From positions 45,074,001 through 45,138,000 of the forward strand of contig OZ024748.1 of assembly GCA_964016885.1 (NCBI GenBank): a stretch of 64,000 bases of DNA, in the 5' to 3' direction. The notes beneath the pieces were generated by a model, which ran no database searches, had not been told where the DNA came from, and saw nothing but the letters and a program-made list of their open reading frames with translations. Source of the DNA: Eledone cirrhosa. Its lineage: Eukaryota. A program made the position numbers and the translations under genes. Shown here one piece after another: positions 38,997 to 54,903 of the stretch. Within the stretch, counting starts at the first letter, position 1, and every line of letters starts with the position of its first letter.

Positions 38997-39777
38997 GTGT
39001 ATGAATATTAGATAATATTTCTAGAATATTTCAACTATTTAATTTGAAAGTGTCGTTATCTGTAGGATGTTATGTTATTGGTAATCGTTAGTTATTAGAG
39101 TCTCTGGAGGTGTTAATATAATACAAGACACAAAGAACTATAGAAACACTTCCCATCCCACACTCCCCCAGCGAGCACATTGATTCCAGGAAATAGTTGT
39201 TTATTAACCTCCTCTCCACAACAACAGCAGCTACTCTAACGACAGGAGGTAGTTAACCTATATTAATAAACACAGTGAATCCAGGTTAAATTCATTTCGA
39301 GTCGTAACCATATATTTATAGTGCTCATTGGCGGTTAAACTTTGGAAATATTATAAGATAACATTATATAATTCAGCCGTATGCATGTATGTTTACTTTA
39401 AATGATGAATTAATGCGTATGATCACCCGGTGTATTCCAAGTGCGTTACATTGCTAACACACATCTTGAAATTTTGAAATTTTATTTCTTAACGCGTATG
39501 ATCACCCGGTATACTCCGAGTGCATTTGATTGCTAGCACAAATCTTAAAGATTGTACAAGCAATCTAATGCTCTTGAAGTACACCATAAGCGTTAAGAAG
39601 TAACATTCCGACATGGAGTTGGTTAATTGTATGTTGTGCAGTTTTGCAGTCATGCTGTCTTATAAGCTGGACACCTGTCCTACAAATTCGTTTCTTTGTT
39701 TGTACCTTTCCCGGGACTGGAAAACAAATAATTCACCGAAGCCGTGTTGTAAAATTCGTTTTAAGATAACGAAATTG

Positions 39778-40345
39778 CTTTCTTCTTCTTCGCCCACTTA
39801 TTCCTGTGAGGGTCGTGGGAGCAGAGTCCTCAAACACTCCCTCCAGCGAGTCCTGTCAGAAGCAACGATCTCCAACTGATCTGGCTGGATCCCCAAGAAA
39901 GACCAGCCAAGCTCATGGATGTTATCCAAACATCTTGCTCAAGGTTTACCCTGGGTCTCATACCTGGTGGTTTCGCCCGTAAAATCTGTCCAGCGTTTCT
40001 TTCCCGAGACATTCTAACCACATGTCCATAGTATCGGCGCTGTGATCTCTCAATTCAGAGAAGTAGTGGCTCTACTTGGAGTGATTCTCTGATCTCCAAG
40101 CAATATAAATCTGTCCAGCGTTTCTTTCCCGAGACATTCTAACCACATGTCCATAGTATCGGCGCTGTGATCTCTCAATTCAGAGAAGTAGTGGCTCTAC
40201 TTGGAGTGATTCTCTGATCTCCAAGCAATATAAATCTGTCCAGCGTTTCTTTCCCGAGACATTCTAACCACATGTCCATAGTATCGGGGGGGGGGGGGGG
40301 GGGGGGGCTGTGATTTCTCAATTTGGAGAAGTAGTAACTCTATCG
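39778..40345 (-). pseudogene. RTE LINE 3' fragment with 125-bp internal triplication and (AAG)n tail
   Basis: IE(R/K)SQRRYYGHVVRMSRERNAGQILRAKPPGMRPR; units start at 39982, 40107, 40232. Confidence 0.75.
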
Positions 40346-40805
40346 AGTAACATTGCTCCAAAACCATTCGGAGAAATCCCATTTCGGGCGCTTGTTTTCA
40401 CCTTGAACTAAAAACATCTTCAATTAGAAAAACCTATCTAGAAAGTCTGATACATTTTCTCCGATATATTTTGACGAGTTACAATACTCCAATAGACTCT
40501 ATATCAAACTGTATTATTTCTTTCCTATTAAGATAGCTAATACAGCTTATTCCTAATAACATCCACTAAAATGTGGTTCCGTTCCTTTAATGAGATATTC
40601 GTTAAACATAAATCAACTTAACTTTATGTCTCTCTACTGATGAAGGACCTTGTTCTAATTTAATCAAACTATCAGTTCACAGTCGTTGTAAAATACTGTG
40701 ACGAGATATCATTCAGAAAATGGTTTCTTGTCAGAAGTTGGCATCACTTCCTCAACATATCTATAGCCATCTTTTAATACTTCTTCTCAAACGATGTCTA
40801 CGGCA

Positions 40806-40946
40806 TAGAGTTACGGCTCTTTACATTCTGAGTTCAAATCCCACCGAGGTTTTAGCTTCGCCTTTTATCCTTACAGAGTCGATCAAATAAAGTACCAGTG
40901 ATTCAATGGTGTCGATTTAATCGACTTTCCCCTCTCACACCAACAA
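40806..40946 (+). mobile_element. Nin-core SINE
   Basis: Core match. Confidence 0.75.
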
Positions 40947-40947
40947 T

Positions 40948-41590
40948 TGCTGGTGGTGGTGGTGATGGTGTTGATGGGGATGGTAGTAGTGGTAGTGGTT
41001 GGTGTGTGTGTGTGTGTGTTGGGGAGGAGGGGGGGTGTTAGTGGTGGCGATGATCATCATGGTGATGGTGGTGGTGGTAATGGTGGAAATGGTGGTAGTG
41101 GTGGTAGTGGTGATGATGATGGTGATGGTGGTGTTGTGGTGGTGTTGGTATTGGTGGTGGTGGTGGTGGTGGAGGTGGTGTTGTTGGTTGTAGTAGCGGT
41201 GGTGGTAATGGTGGTGGCGGTGATGGTGGCGATGACGATGGCGATGGTGGTGGTGGTGATGGTGGTGTTGTGGTGGTGTTGGTATTGGTGGTGGTGGTGG
41301 TGGTGGTGGTGGTGGAGGTGGTGTTGTTGGTTGTAGTAGCGGTGGTGGTAATGGTGGTGGCGGTGATGGTGGCGATGACGATGGCGATGGTGGTGGTGGT
41401 GATGGTGGTGTTGTGGTGGTGTTGGTATTGGTGGTGGTGGTGGTGTTGGAGGCGGTGTTGTTGGTTGTAGTAGCGGTGGTGGTAATGGTGGTGGCGGTGA
41501 TGGAGGCGATGACGATGGCGATGGTGGTGGTGGTGATGGTGGCGATGATGGTGGCGATGGTGGGCGTGGTGGTGGCGATGATGGCAGTTC
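40948..41590. repeat. Degenerate (GGT)n tract with ~135-bp higher-order duplication
   Basis: Direct reading. Confidence 0.85.
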
Positions 41591-41863
41591 ACACCTGTAT
41601 AGATTTAGTCAGTTTCCTATGAGGTTACATCTCATGTCAGGTCTCCCTTGGGTGTTTCAAATATAAGGAGGACCACAGTCATACCATGTCACCATTTGTG
41701 AGGGAAGAGGTTGCAGGATTTGTATTGAAACTACACAAAACCCTGGAACCCTCTCGCACAGTCATGGGGCAAACTGCGGCCCGCGAAGCCGCATGTGGCC
41801 CGTTTTACTTTCAGAAAAAGCGCAAAAAATAATTACCAACAACTGCAGCATCAAAAACCAGAA

Positions 41864-42055
41864 GAACAGCAACAACAGCAACAACAACAGCAACAACAAC
41901 AGCAACAGCGGCAACAACAGAAAATATCATTATCATCAACAAAAATATGGACAGCGATGTATGAAAATCACCAACATCAAAAACTACAACAATAACAACA
42001 ACAGCAGCAAAAATAACAACAGCAACAACAATAGCAACAACAACAACAACAACAC

Positions 42056-42098
<43 letters not shown>

Positions 42099-42138
42099 AA
42101 CAGCAACAACAACAGCAGCAAAAACAGCAAAAACAGCA

Positions 42139-42177
<39 letters not shown>

Positions 42178-42584
42178 GCAGCAGCAAAAACAGCAAAAAC
42201 AGCAACAGCAACAACAACAACGACAACAGCAAAAACAGCAACAACAACAACAACAACAACAGCAGCAGCAAAAACAGCAACAGCAACAACAACAACAACA
42301 GCAGCAGCAAAAACAGCAACAACAACAACAACAACAACAGCAGCAGCAGCAAAAACTGCAACAACAACAACAACAGCAGCAGCAAAAACAGCAACAACAA
42401 CAACAACAACAACGGCAGCAGCAAAAACAGCAACAGCAACAACAACAACAACAGCAGCAGCAAAAACAGCAACAGCAACAACAACAACAACAGCAGCAGC
42501 AAAAACAGCAACAGCAACAACAACAACAACAGCAGCAGCAAAAACAGCAACAGCAACAACAACAACGACAACAGCAAAAACAGC

Positions 42585-42615
<31 letters not shown>

Positions 42616-42674
42616 GCAGCAGCAAAAACAGCAACAACAACAACAACAACAGCAGCAGCAAAAACAGCAACAGC

Positions 42675-42711
<37 letters not shown>

Positions 42712-42762
42712 GCAGCAGCAAAAACAGCAACAGCAACAACAACAACAACAATTACAACAACA
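41864..42762. repeat. (CAA/CAG)n compound minisatellite
   Basis: Direct reading. Confidence 0.9.
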
Positions 42763-42845
42763 TTATTCCCAAAATGGAGTGGAAACCTATTAATAATTTG
42801 ATATGGGATTATCAATATTTTTGAAAACTTAACATTTTCAATATT

Positions 42846-42876
<31 letters not shown>

Positions 42877-42923
42877 GTACACACACACACTCATATATAT
42901 ATTATATATATATAATGTATATA

Positions 42924-43074
<151 letters not shown>

Positions 43075-43084
43075 TATGTATATA

Positions 43085-43146
<62 letters not shown>

Positions 43147-43299
43147 CACACACACACACTCACTCACACACACACACACATATATATATATGTAAACACA
43201 CACACTCATATATATTATATATATATATGTATATATATATATACACACACACACTCACACACATACACACACATATATATGTACACACACACACTCCTA

Positions 43300-43340
<41 letters not shown>

Positions 43341-43355
43341 TACAAACCAACAGAC

Positions 43356-43405
<50 letters not shown>

Positions 43406-43472
43406 TTTGCTACTTAGAGAGAACAGGCAACGAAGTTTGTATTCATATATATATACACATACATACACACAC

Positions 43473-43563
<91 letters not shown>

Positions 43564-43676
43564 AATATATAATATAAACACACATCCGCATCAAACTTCG
43601 TTTGATATATATTGTTTATGTACGAATATATGTTTATGTGTGTATGTGTGTATGTCTCTCCCTCTCTCTCTCTCTC

Positions 43677-43723
<47 letters not shown>

Positions 43724-43819
43724 TCTTTTGGCTACTTTTTTTTTGGCATTAAGAATATGGAAAATACTATATCTGGCAGAATTTCTGCTGAGCATAACAT
43801 TTAGTTTAGTAATCTCTGC

Positions 43820-43950
<131 letters not shown>

Positions 43951-44020
43951 AGTTATACATATATGTGTATATATATATATGCACACATATGTATATGTTT
44001 ATATATATACACACACACAC

Positions 44021-44059
<39 letters not shown>

Positions 44060-44066
44060 TATATAG

Positions 44067-44190
<124 letters not shown>

Positions 44191-44271
44191 TTATATATAT
44201 ATAAACATATACATATATGTGTGCATATATATATATATATACACATATATGTATATTTTTATATATACACA

Positions 44272-44308
<37 letters not shown>

Positions 44309-44364
44309 TTATATCTATATATAAATATGTATGTAAATAAATATATCATATATGTTTATATATG

Positions 44365-44449
<85 letters not shown>

Positions 44450-44700
44450 CATACGTACTTAGATGTCTTAAAACAAACATGCCTTTGGCTTTAATATATA
44501 TTAAATTGAAGATTTCCAAAGCAGTTGATGTACATTGTAAATCTTGAGCAAATATGAGGAAAAGTATATTGTAAGTTTTTAACTACAATATCTTATTGAA
44601 GTTCACCTAGTTTTTATCTTTAGGGATGTGTCCTGAATTATCTCTAGTTTTTGTTAAAATTTCAATTGGATATTTCTGTATAACTAAAAATAACTTACAG

Positions 44701-45410
44701 ATAGATAGATAGATTTCTTTATTTGCCACAAGGGCGCACAAGAAAAGGGGACAATACAAAGACACATGCCGGGGATTTTACATACAGTCGTGTAAAAAAT
44801 ATAAAACAAACAATTATAACAATCGAAATCCCCAATAGGGGCGAAGCCCCACAAATGGGTTGTTTAATACTCCGTCGATAGAACAACCCTCAACTCCAGG
44901 AGCGTGTTGTGCAAGGGCTCCCTTCTTCCTTTTGCTCTCTTCTTTAACCTACAGGCTTATAAACAGAGAAGGCCCAATCACTTGGGCCATTTTTGCCACA
45001 TTCACCCACCTTTCAGTAATATAGAGTGATAGATAGATAGATAGATAGAGTGTTAGATATATTTCTTTATTAGCCACAAGGGCGCACAAGAAAAGGGGAC
45101 AATACAAAGACACATGCTGGGGATTTTACATATTGAAACAAACAATTATAACAATCGAAATCCCCAATAGGGTGGAAGCGCCACAAATGGGTTGTTTAAT
45201 ACCCCCTCGATAGAACAACCCTCAACTCCAGGAGCCTGTTGTGCAGGTGCTCCCTTCTTCCTTTTGCTCTCTTCTTCTTTGCTCTGCTTATAAGCAGAGA
45301 AGTCCCAATCACTCGGGCCATTTTCGCTTCATTCACCCACCTTTCAGTAAATTTACTGGGGTGCAGTGCCTCTCTCTCCACTCTGATTCGCCTTCTAAAG
45401 TGGTACTTAT
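44701..45410 (-). mobile_element. Two tandem L1/Tx1-like LINE 3' ends in (GATA)n
   Basis: YHFRRRIRVEREALHPSKFTERWVNEAKMARV; AATAAAGAAATCTATCTATC tail; copies 44701-45018 and 45058-45410. Confidence 0.7.
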
Positions 45411-45974
45411 AGATAGATACATAGATAGATACGTACACACACACATGCAGGCACGCAGACACACACACACATGCATGCACACACGCATCCACGCATACAT
45501 ACATACATAAAGACACTCACGAACACAGATACACGTATACATACATAGACACACTCTCTCAGACACACACACGAACGCACACACACACACACACTGGATA
45601 TTTCTGTTGTAACTAAAATAACTTACAGACAGGCAGATAGATAGATACGTTCAAACACACACTTGCAAGCACGCAGACACACACATACACATGCATACAC
45701 ACACGCATACACGCATACATAAACACACTCACGAATACAGATACACGTATACATAAATACACACACACACTCAAACACAAACACACATACACACACACCT
45801 ATATACATATATATTCTGGTATAGCCAATGGTTAAGAATTTAGTTTAGAAACAATGTAATTCTATGTTCGGTCTCAATAGCTGGAACATTGGCTGGTTAA
45901 GTTAACGATTCTTTAAGTATTATTGGGTTAAACAATAATTTGTGAGTCAATTGTAATTTAGTTGATGATGCTCA

Positions 45975-46039
<65 letters not shown>

Positions 46040-46040
<1 letters not shown>

Positions 46041-46187
46041 CTATCTATCTAAGGCGGGTAAAATTCCAGAGATCCATGGACGAGTTCTCTCCAGCGGTCT
46101 CTGTCCCTCATTATCGCTGCCATGTCCTGCATCTCCAACAGACCAGTGTCTGTCCTTAGGGCATCAACATATGTTAACCTTGCCTTG

Positions 46188-46190
<3 letters not shown>
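46040..46190 (-). pseudogene. RTE-like LINE 3' fragment
   Basis: KARLTYVDALRTDTGL..MRDRDRWRELV; (TAGA) tail. Confidence 0.7.
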
Positions 46191-46229
<39 letters not shown>

Positions 46230-46231
<2 letters not shown>

Positions 46232-46760
46232 ACGCAGCACGTTTATTCTCATATTTACACATATTTTTCCCCCCGCTGTGACCCTTCTCTTTCGTTCTTA
46301 CTGCTTCCTCTTTCTCTGTATCTTTACCCTCTCTAACAGTCACTCTCTCTGTTAGCCTCTTCCTCACCCTTCACTCACTCACTCTCTGTTACTACCTCTC
46401 CTCCTCCTCCTCCTTCCTCCCGTTAGACCTGTACAGAATTCCTTCCTTGCTCATATTCCAACCAGGTTTGATGGTCTTTATTCTCTCTCGTTCACGATTT
46501 CACCGAACTTATATTCATGGAAATTTGGGACTTGACTCCTTCTTCCTCACTTTTCGTTGCTTCACCATCTTTGTTTGTTTACACTCTCGTGTCCCCTTTA
46601 TTTACGTGTCCCAACGACTTTTTTTAGCCGTTGCTCGCACCAACCGGAGGTATATGGTCTTTAAAGCGAAGCAATACCTGTGATGGTTGGAAGATCACTG
46701 ATGAAGGACTAACTTTATTCATATGTAACCCATTAGCAACCACGCAGCACGTTTATTCTT
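46230..46760 (+). mobile_element. Diverged family E element
   Basis: TTGCTCGCACCAACC.GAGG..ATCACTGATGA.GGACTAA matches revcomp of 63000-63135. Confidence 0.6.
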
Positions 46761-46787
46761 ATATATATATATATATTTTTTTTTTTC

Positions 46788-46968
46788 AATCGATCGACTT
46801 TCGTCAAATCGGACCGAGGAAACAATGTTTCCGTTGGTCTTTCCAGTTGCTAGTACTATCTATCGGTCGCATCTCCAGGTAGAAGGAGCAACGTGAAATA
46901 AAGTGTCTTGCTCAAGGACATAACGCATCGCCCGGTCCAGGAATCGAACTCACAACCTCAAGATTGTG

Positions 46969-46974
<6 letters not shown>
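46788..46974 (-). mobile_element. Meta-core SINE
   Basis: B box GTTCGATTCC plus core. Confidence 0.8.
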
Positions 46975-47016
<42 letters not shown>

Positions 47017-47125
47017 GATCATATACGATCATATATCGTATTTTTACTCCAAATATTTGTTGAGTGCTTTATATCAATTATAAAAATATTTGCTTGTTGT
47101 ATCCCAACAATTTAAATAGAAATTT

Positions 47126-47162
<37 letters not shown>

Positions 47163-47273
47163 AAATTTATTTTGAAACTTTTTCTTATTTGCTAAACCTT
47201 GATTATATATGTTCTGGCTCGTTAATTTATGCACTCTTTTTTCCTGGACTTTTCCGACGGAATTACTTCATTT

Positions 47274-47373
<100 letters not shown>

Positions 47374-47711
47374 ATACATATATATATATATATATTGTTA
47401 TACTTTGGGAGGATCATGTTGCCAATAAAACCACATGTGATTTCACTTCAATTTATAATAAATTTCCGTGTTTGGCTAGTTCGATAACCGGATGGTTGTT
47501 TATATACTATCGAAGCTCCTTCGTCACACATTCTGTGATCTCCCAGTGACTTAGGTTTTTATTTTGTGTCTCTCCTTTGTTCTGTCCTATTCTTTTTATT
47601 GCAGCATGACCCTCCCAAAGTATAACAATATCTGTTTCAACACACGTTTTCAGATAAGAAATCTTGCAAAACAAATTCAAAAACGTAGTATATATGTATA
47701 TATTTTTTTTT

Positions 47712-48185
<474 letters not shown>

Positions 48186-48477
48186 AGCATTGGATTTGGT
48201 GTACTTCATATTTGTTTCGGTTGCTGAATACAATCAGGGGTCGCTGCTTCTCCTGAAGGTCAATAGTTCTCTTCTAACTCTAGCGGGAGCGCCTTTCCAT
48301 CGTCAATTTGTATTGATCATCTGCAAAGCCAACATTGTTCTCAGAACCATTACACCAGACTTTTGATGCGTGCAGCTGAGACTACTGCCACCCATTGATT
48401 TGGCAGGATCGCAATTCATTTCTACAGCTGAGTAAACATACATACACGCATGTATATACATATTACATGCACGCATA

Positions 48478-48820
48478 TCATCATCATCATCATCATTTCA
48501 CTTACGTCCACTTTTCCTGCTTGCAAGGGTGGGACGGGAACTGATTCTGGCTTGATTTCTACAGCTGGATGCCCTTCCTAACACCAACCTCATTTACAGT
48601 GAGTGCTGGGTGCTTTTTTGCCGTGGTACCTCCACGACCACTTCGCAGTGGAATGATAGGGACCCCAGTCCCTATCATCTCATTTCTACAGCTGAGTAAA
48701 CTGGAGCAATGTGAAATAAAGTGTCTTGCTCAAGGAAACAACACATCACCCGGTCTGAGAATTGAACTCACAACCTTTCGATTGCAAGGCCAATGCTCTA
48801 ACCACTAAGCCATGTGCCTC
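48478..48820 (-). mobile_element. SINE pieces: Meta-core head (48680-48820) and RTE-like tail with (ATG)n (48478-48620)
   Basis: GCTGGATGCCCTTCCTAACACCAACC; TTCCTTGAGCAAGACACTTTATTTCAC. Confidence 0.7.
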
Positions 48821-49509
48821 CTATATATAAATATATCGTTGGATTTTCTAATTGGATTTTCACCCCAAAACTGGATACCAACCCGTAGTACACCTGAACT
48901 TCCCCTAGGAAAAATTCGCATCATTGAAATTTTCTTTGCTTCTTATATATATATATATAAATATATAGAGTGAGAAGAAGATGGGTGGGAAAATACGTAT
49001 GTGTCCAGTCAGCCATAATGGAGATATACAAAGGGTCTTTCAAATTTCTGCCTATCCAATTCCAATCACAAGGCATTGGTCAACCCGAGGTTATAAATGA
49101 AGACAATTGCCCAAGGTATCACACAGCAGGACTGAACCCAGACAAAAAAGGTTACAAAATAAATTCCTTAACCACATAGCAATACTTGTGTCTCTATACG
49201 AACATTTTTCACGAATCTTCTGTAAATATTCAATAAAAGGCAATTTTCTCACCTGCAATGAGCTGCCTTCTATGAGTCTAAAATGATTTTCTGTCATTTC
49301 ATCAGAAATATGGTAAACTATTTTTTCTCTAGTCCTATGCCAAGACCACCAGGGAGTTTATGAAAGACCTTTTCATTCTCTTCATCAATGGTATTACATT
49401 TTTTTCCCCTTAGAGAAAAATCCATATGACGCTAAATATTTCAGCCACATAAAATGGCTTCACAGCAGAAGTTTCGAGAGGAGAGATAGATAGATAAATA
49501 GATAGATAA

Positions 49510-49569
<60 letters not shown>

Positions 49570-49691
49570 GGGAGGGAGAGATAGAGACAGATAGAGAGAA
49601 ATAGAGAGATGGAGAGAGATAGATATAGAAACAGATAGAGATAAATAAATAAATAAATAAATATATATAATATATATAGAGAGAAGGAGGG

Positions 49692-49790
<99 letters not shown>

Positions 49791-50002
49791 AGGGAGAGAT
49801 AAAGAAGGAGAAAAGAAACCTACAATGAAAGAACATCTTATAGTTTACCCAAGCCAAATGTATTTATTAACATTTCTATCTGCAGGTTCTTAGCAAGCTT
49901 ACTGACGCTTTAGTATTCAATTCTTATATCGCGTTTGATTGATATGGTACATATATCGCAGCTATTCATATGTTTTAAACATTAGATAACGATTGCTGAT
50001 GT

Positions 50003-50431
50003 ATATTGTACGACAGAATTAGCTGGAAAATAATTTGAATGAAGAAATAAAAGAGATATAGTAACCTATACATAATATAAAAGAGAGATGTTTGTTGGTT
50101 GGTTCCTTCACGTATCACACGAAAAAAAACGAAAAGTGACAATCGGAAATGATGTACAGGATTGGGATAAGAGTATATCCAGGAAAGTTTATTGATACTA
50201 ATTTTATAACACCAATGGATATTGTACGACAGAATTAGCTGGAAAATAATTTGAATGAAGAAATAAAAGAGATATAGTAACCTATACATAATATAAAAGA
50301 GAGATGTTTGTTGGTTGGTTCCTTCACGTATCACACGAAAAAAAACGAAAAGTGACAATCGGAAATGATGTACAGGATTGGGATAAGAGTATATCCAGGA
50401 AAGTTTATTGATACTAATTTTATAACACCAA
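50003..50431. repeat. Near-perfect 216-bp tandem duplication
   Basis: Units start at 50003 and 50219. Confidence 0.9.
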
Positions 50432-50704
50432 AAGAAGAAGAAAGACATACCACGTATGCTAACCAACCTGACTGCTATTTCTAGCAGGTTGGGAATCAAC
50501 CATAAGGGATTCTCTCTGCGAGTTCGTTGTCAGTGCTGAACGTGTTTCGCGTCCTTTGTCTCCGATTCCAACCGTGGTTTACACACACACAAAACGAACG
50601 CACATGCACACGCACAGACAGACACACACACGAGCACTCACACACGCACGCACACACATATATATACACACACACACACACTGACACACACAAAACACTC
50701 ACAC

Positions 50705-50744
<40 letters not shown>

Positions 50745-51083
50745 AAATACACACACACACGAACACTCACACAGGTACACACACACATGTACACACACAC
50801 GCATATATATATATACACACACAAAACACACATATATATATACACACACACAAAACACACACAAAACACACACACACACACGAACACTCACACAGGTACA
50901 CACACACGCATATATACACACACACGCACAAAACACACACACACACACACATATATATATACACACACGAAACACACACGCACACATATATATATATATA
51001 TATACACACACACAAAACATACACAGACACACACACTCACACAGGTACACACACACGCATATATATACACACACACACACACA

Positions 51084-51146
<63 letters not shown>

Positions 51147-51206
51147 CACACACACAAAACACACACACACACACACACGAAAACTCACACAGGTACACAC
51201 ACACGC

Positions 51207-51240
<34 letters not shown>

Positions 51241-51392
51241 GAACGCACACACACACACACACAAACACTCACACACATAAATATATATATATATATACAC
51301 ACAAAGAGACACACAATACACACACACTGTAAACAAGACAATGCATTCAATACAGACGGTTTCTCTTCTGTCGGTCTTCTCTTATCATCTGT

Positions 51393-51423
51393 TAACCCTG
51401 GCGAAGCCGGGTACCTCAGCTAG
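51393..51423 (+). mobile_element. Helitron-like 3' terminus
   Basis: ACCCTGGCGAAGCCGGGT acctcag CTAG|T, similar to 11917-11945. Confidence 0.55.
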
Positions 51424-51488
51424 TATATTATATTTAAATCATATTACACAAAGTCGCTACAGTTAGTGAAAACATGGCTGCAACTTCT

Positions 51489-52050
51489 TGGTGAATTGGC
51501 AGTATCGGTAGAGGGTTGGACGCCATGCTTTCTAGCATAGTTACGTCCCTTTATACAGTCTGAGTTCAAATCCTGCCGAGGTTAACTTTGCCTTTCATCC
51601 TTACGGGGTCGATAAAATAAAGTACCAGTAATGTACTGATTAATTGCTGGCCTTGTGCCTAAAGTAGAAACAATTATTATTTGGCAGTATCGGTAGAGGC
51701 TCGGACGCCATGCTTTCCAGCATAGTTACGTCCCTTTACAGTCTGAGTTCAAATCCCGCCGAGGTTAACTTTGCCTTTCATCCTTACGGGGTCGATAAAA
51801 TAAAGTACCAGTAATGTACTGGGTAATTGCTGGCCTTGTGCCTAAAGTAGAAACAATTATTATTTGGCAGTATCGGTAGAGGCTCGGACGCCATGCTTTC
51901 CAGCATAGTTACGTCCCTTTACAATCTGAGTTCAAATCCCGCCGAGGTTAACTTTGCCTTTCATCCTTATGGGGTCGATGAAATAAAGTACCAGTAATGC
52001 ACTGGGTAATTGCTGGCCTTGTGACTAAAGTAGAAACAATTATTATTATA
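51489..52050 (+). mobile_element. Head-to-tail trimer of Nin-core SINE
   Basis: Units at 51496, 51681, 51864, each ending AAACAATTATTAT. Confidence 0.9.
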
Positions 52051-52342
52051 TCTCCTCTGATGAAGCTTAGCGGACACTAGTTGTACTGAAACCTTGTGGA
52101 TATGTTGTAAGAATCCGACTGAATCTCTTCATGCACCTCCAAATAAATGATAAATATAAAAGGAAGTAGATTTTTATGCGCTTTTAAATAGATAAAATAT
52201 ATCTTCAACGATGTAATTGCTTTCTTGTCAACACAGTCATAGATAAAGTCACTCGCCAGACAAATACAACTCTGTTGTTTATAAAATATCCTTCTATATG
52301 TATTGAGTTCATTCTCTTATCGAGAGCTATAACGACAGCCAT

Positions 52343-52415
<73 letters not shown>

Positions 52416-52486
52416 AATAATAATAAATGTGAAGACTAAAATCCAAAGAGGGCTCGATAAGGATAAATATATATCAAATATATAAG

Positions 52487-52620
<134 letters not shown>

Positions 52621-53274
52621 ATACATTAACAGAGAAAGCTTTAAGCTATACTCTGACTGGCTTCCATCTCACTCAACAAACATTAGGATATACCTTAGTA
52701 TAATCCCAATTTTACGTTTGGGGTGCTAACTATACGTATTTTGCGGATAGCCAGTTGTATTATTTTATATGAGACATAATTAAAAAACATCTCCCTTTCC
52801 AAACAATTGTTTCATTATAAGATTTCTACAAGTTGGGAAAAATATGTCCAGGTTATGTACAAGCCTGCACATAGTCCGTAGGAATATATGCAGGTGGGCA
52901 CTTATAAATCATCAGTGGATGCCCGTCAAACATCGATATAAAAAAAATTTTCTTACCGATATCTAATGTTCTTCGATGGTCCCCTTCCGTATCAGAATGA
53001 CCGCCAAATTTGAAATTCCAGCAGTCTCAGAATGAGAAATTTCACACTGTTATCAAGCGGAAAGGGGAGGTCATCGCGAAACATAAAAAAATAGAATAAT
53101 ATGCACGCGGGTCAATTAATTTTTTCAATAATTTTAACCTTGTGTGTGAAGAACTCAATTAGATTTTAAAAAAATAAATATATGCATGTATTATTTATAC
53201 ACGCATATAGGTATTTTCTTATATATATATCAGGTTCAATTCAAAAGAATATTTGGTGTAGTAAAGTATGGTTA

Positions 53275-53385
53275 TATTATAAAGTGTCATGATCGTACGG
53301 CTGAGCTCTTGCTTTTTCAACAGCTAGTCTGGAACTAGCCGCTTAAGTGGCAAGAGCTCAGCCGTCGGGTCATGACACTTTATTA
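53275..53385. mobile_element. Short fold-back element related to family H
   Basis: Arms TAAAGTGTCATGA..CGGCTGAGCTCTTGC / GCAAGAGCTCAGCCGTCGGGTCATGACACTTTA. Confidence 0.65.
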
Positions 53386-53458
53386 TATATATATATAAAT
53401 ATATTTAAGTAAGTTAATTTAAAAAAAATTTTTTTTTTTTAAATTTTCTTATTTTACG

Positions 53459-53504
<46 letters not shown>

Positions 53505-53544
53505 GATATTAAATAAATGGAAACTATATTTATAAAAGCATATT

Positions 53545-53609
53545 TATTTCACTATACATATTTCAGGGATACCAAATTAAAATATGGTATGCCTTCATCA
53601 GATAAAATA
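53545..53609 (-). ncRNA. Type I hammerhead ribozyme (family D)
   Basis: Intact CTGATGA/GAAA core; homolog of 25723-25787. Confidence 0.8.
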
Positions 53610-53722
53610 CAATATATAAACAGTTTTATAAATAATTTTGACGTAAAAATATTTACTTGTTGTATCCCAACAATTTTAAATAGAACTTTTGCATATATAT
53701 ATATATATATATATATTTATAC

Positions 53723-53789
<67 letters not shown>

Positions 53790-54114
53790 TATCATATATA
53801 TATGGTGGCATTGGAGCGGTAACAGTGGTAGTATAACGGTACTGATGAAGTTGATGGTGGTGTTGTTTTTGACGTTGCAGTGGAGTTGTAGGTGGCGCTG
53901 GTGATGCTGGTAGTGTTTGCAATATGTCGTATTAACATCAGCTTTATTCCAAATGTAACTAAGAGCGAAGTCTTGAAGGATTTATTGGAGATTACGGCCG
54001 AGGAATCAAGCGAGCATGTCACAGTAGATGCCACTCAAACTGCTGACTAAATTGTCTATATGGGTGCGGTACTGATATTGGTGGTGCAGCCTTCCTGTAG
54101 ATATATATATCTAC

Positions 54115-54166
<52 letters not shown>

Positions 54167-54169
54167 GGT

Positions 54170-54249
<80 letters not shown>

Positions 54250-54253
54250 GTAG

Positions 54254-54297
<44 letters not shown>

Positions 54298-54407
54298 TTA
54301 TATATATATGTATATATGTATATGTATATATATGTATATATATACATATACATATATACATATATATATAAACATATATACATATATATATATATATCTA
54401 CATATAC

Positions 54408-54487
<80 letters not shown>

Positions 54488-54521
54488 GTAGATATATATA
54501 TATATATATATGTGTATATAT

Positions 54522-54577
<56 letters not shown>

Positions 54578-54755
54578 GTAGATATATATATATATATATA
54601 TGTAGATTTATATATATATATATGTATATATATATGTATATATATATGTAGATATATATATATGTAGATATATATATATGTATATATACATATATATATG
54701 TATATATATATGTATATATATATACATATATATATATGTATATAAATATATATAC

Positions 54756-54852
<97 letters not shown>

Positions 54853-54872
54853 TAAATATGTATATGTATATG

Positions 54873-54903
<31 letters not shown>

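Noticed and set aside
41759-41805. hAT/Charlie-like terminus
   Set aside because: Single end only; no partner TIR or TSD found
41793-42824. Asn/Ser-rich 343-aa ORF
   Set aside because: (CAA/CAG)n minisatellite
52057-52105. CTGATGA..GAAA motif (similar cases at 40637, 27935-27966, 23190-23245, 18824)
   Set aside because: Stem I, stem III or the NUH triplet could not be completed; possibly decayed HHRs, not counted
53800-54100. Coding-looking island
   Set aside because: No recognisable motif or coherent splice sites
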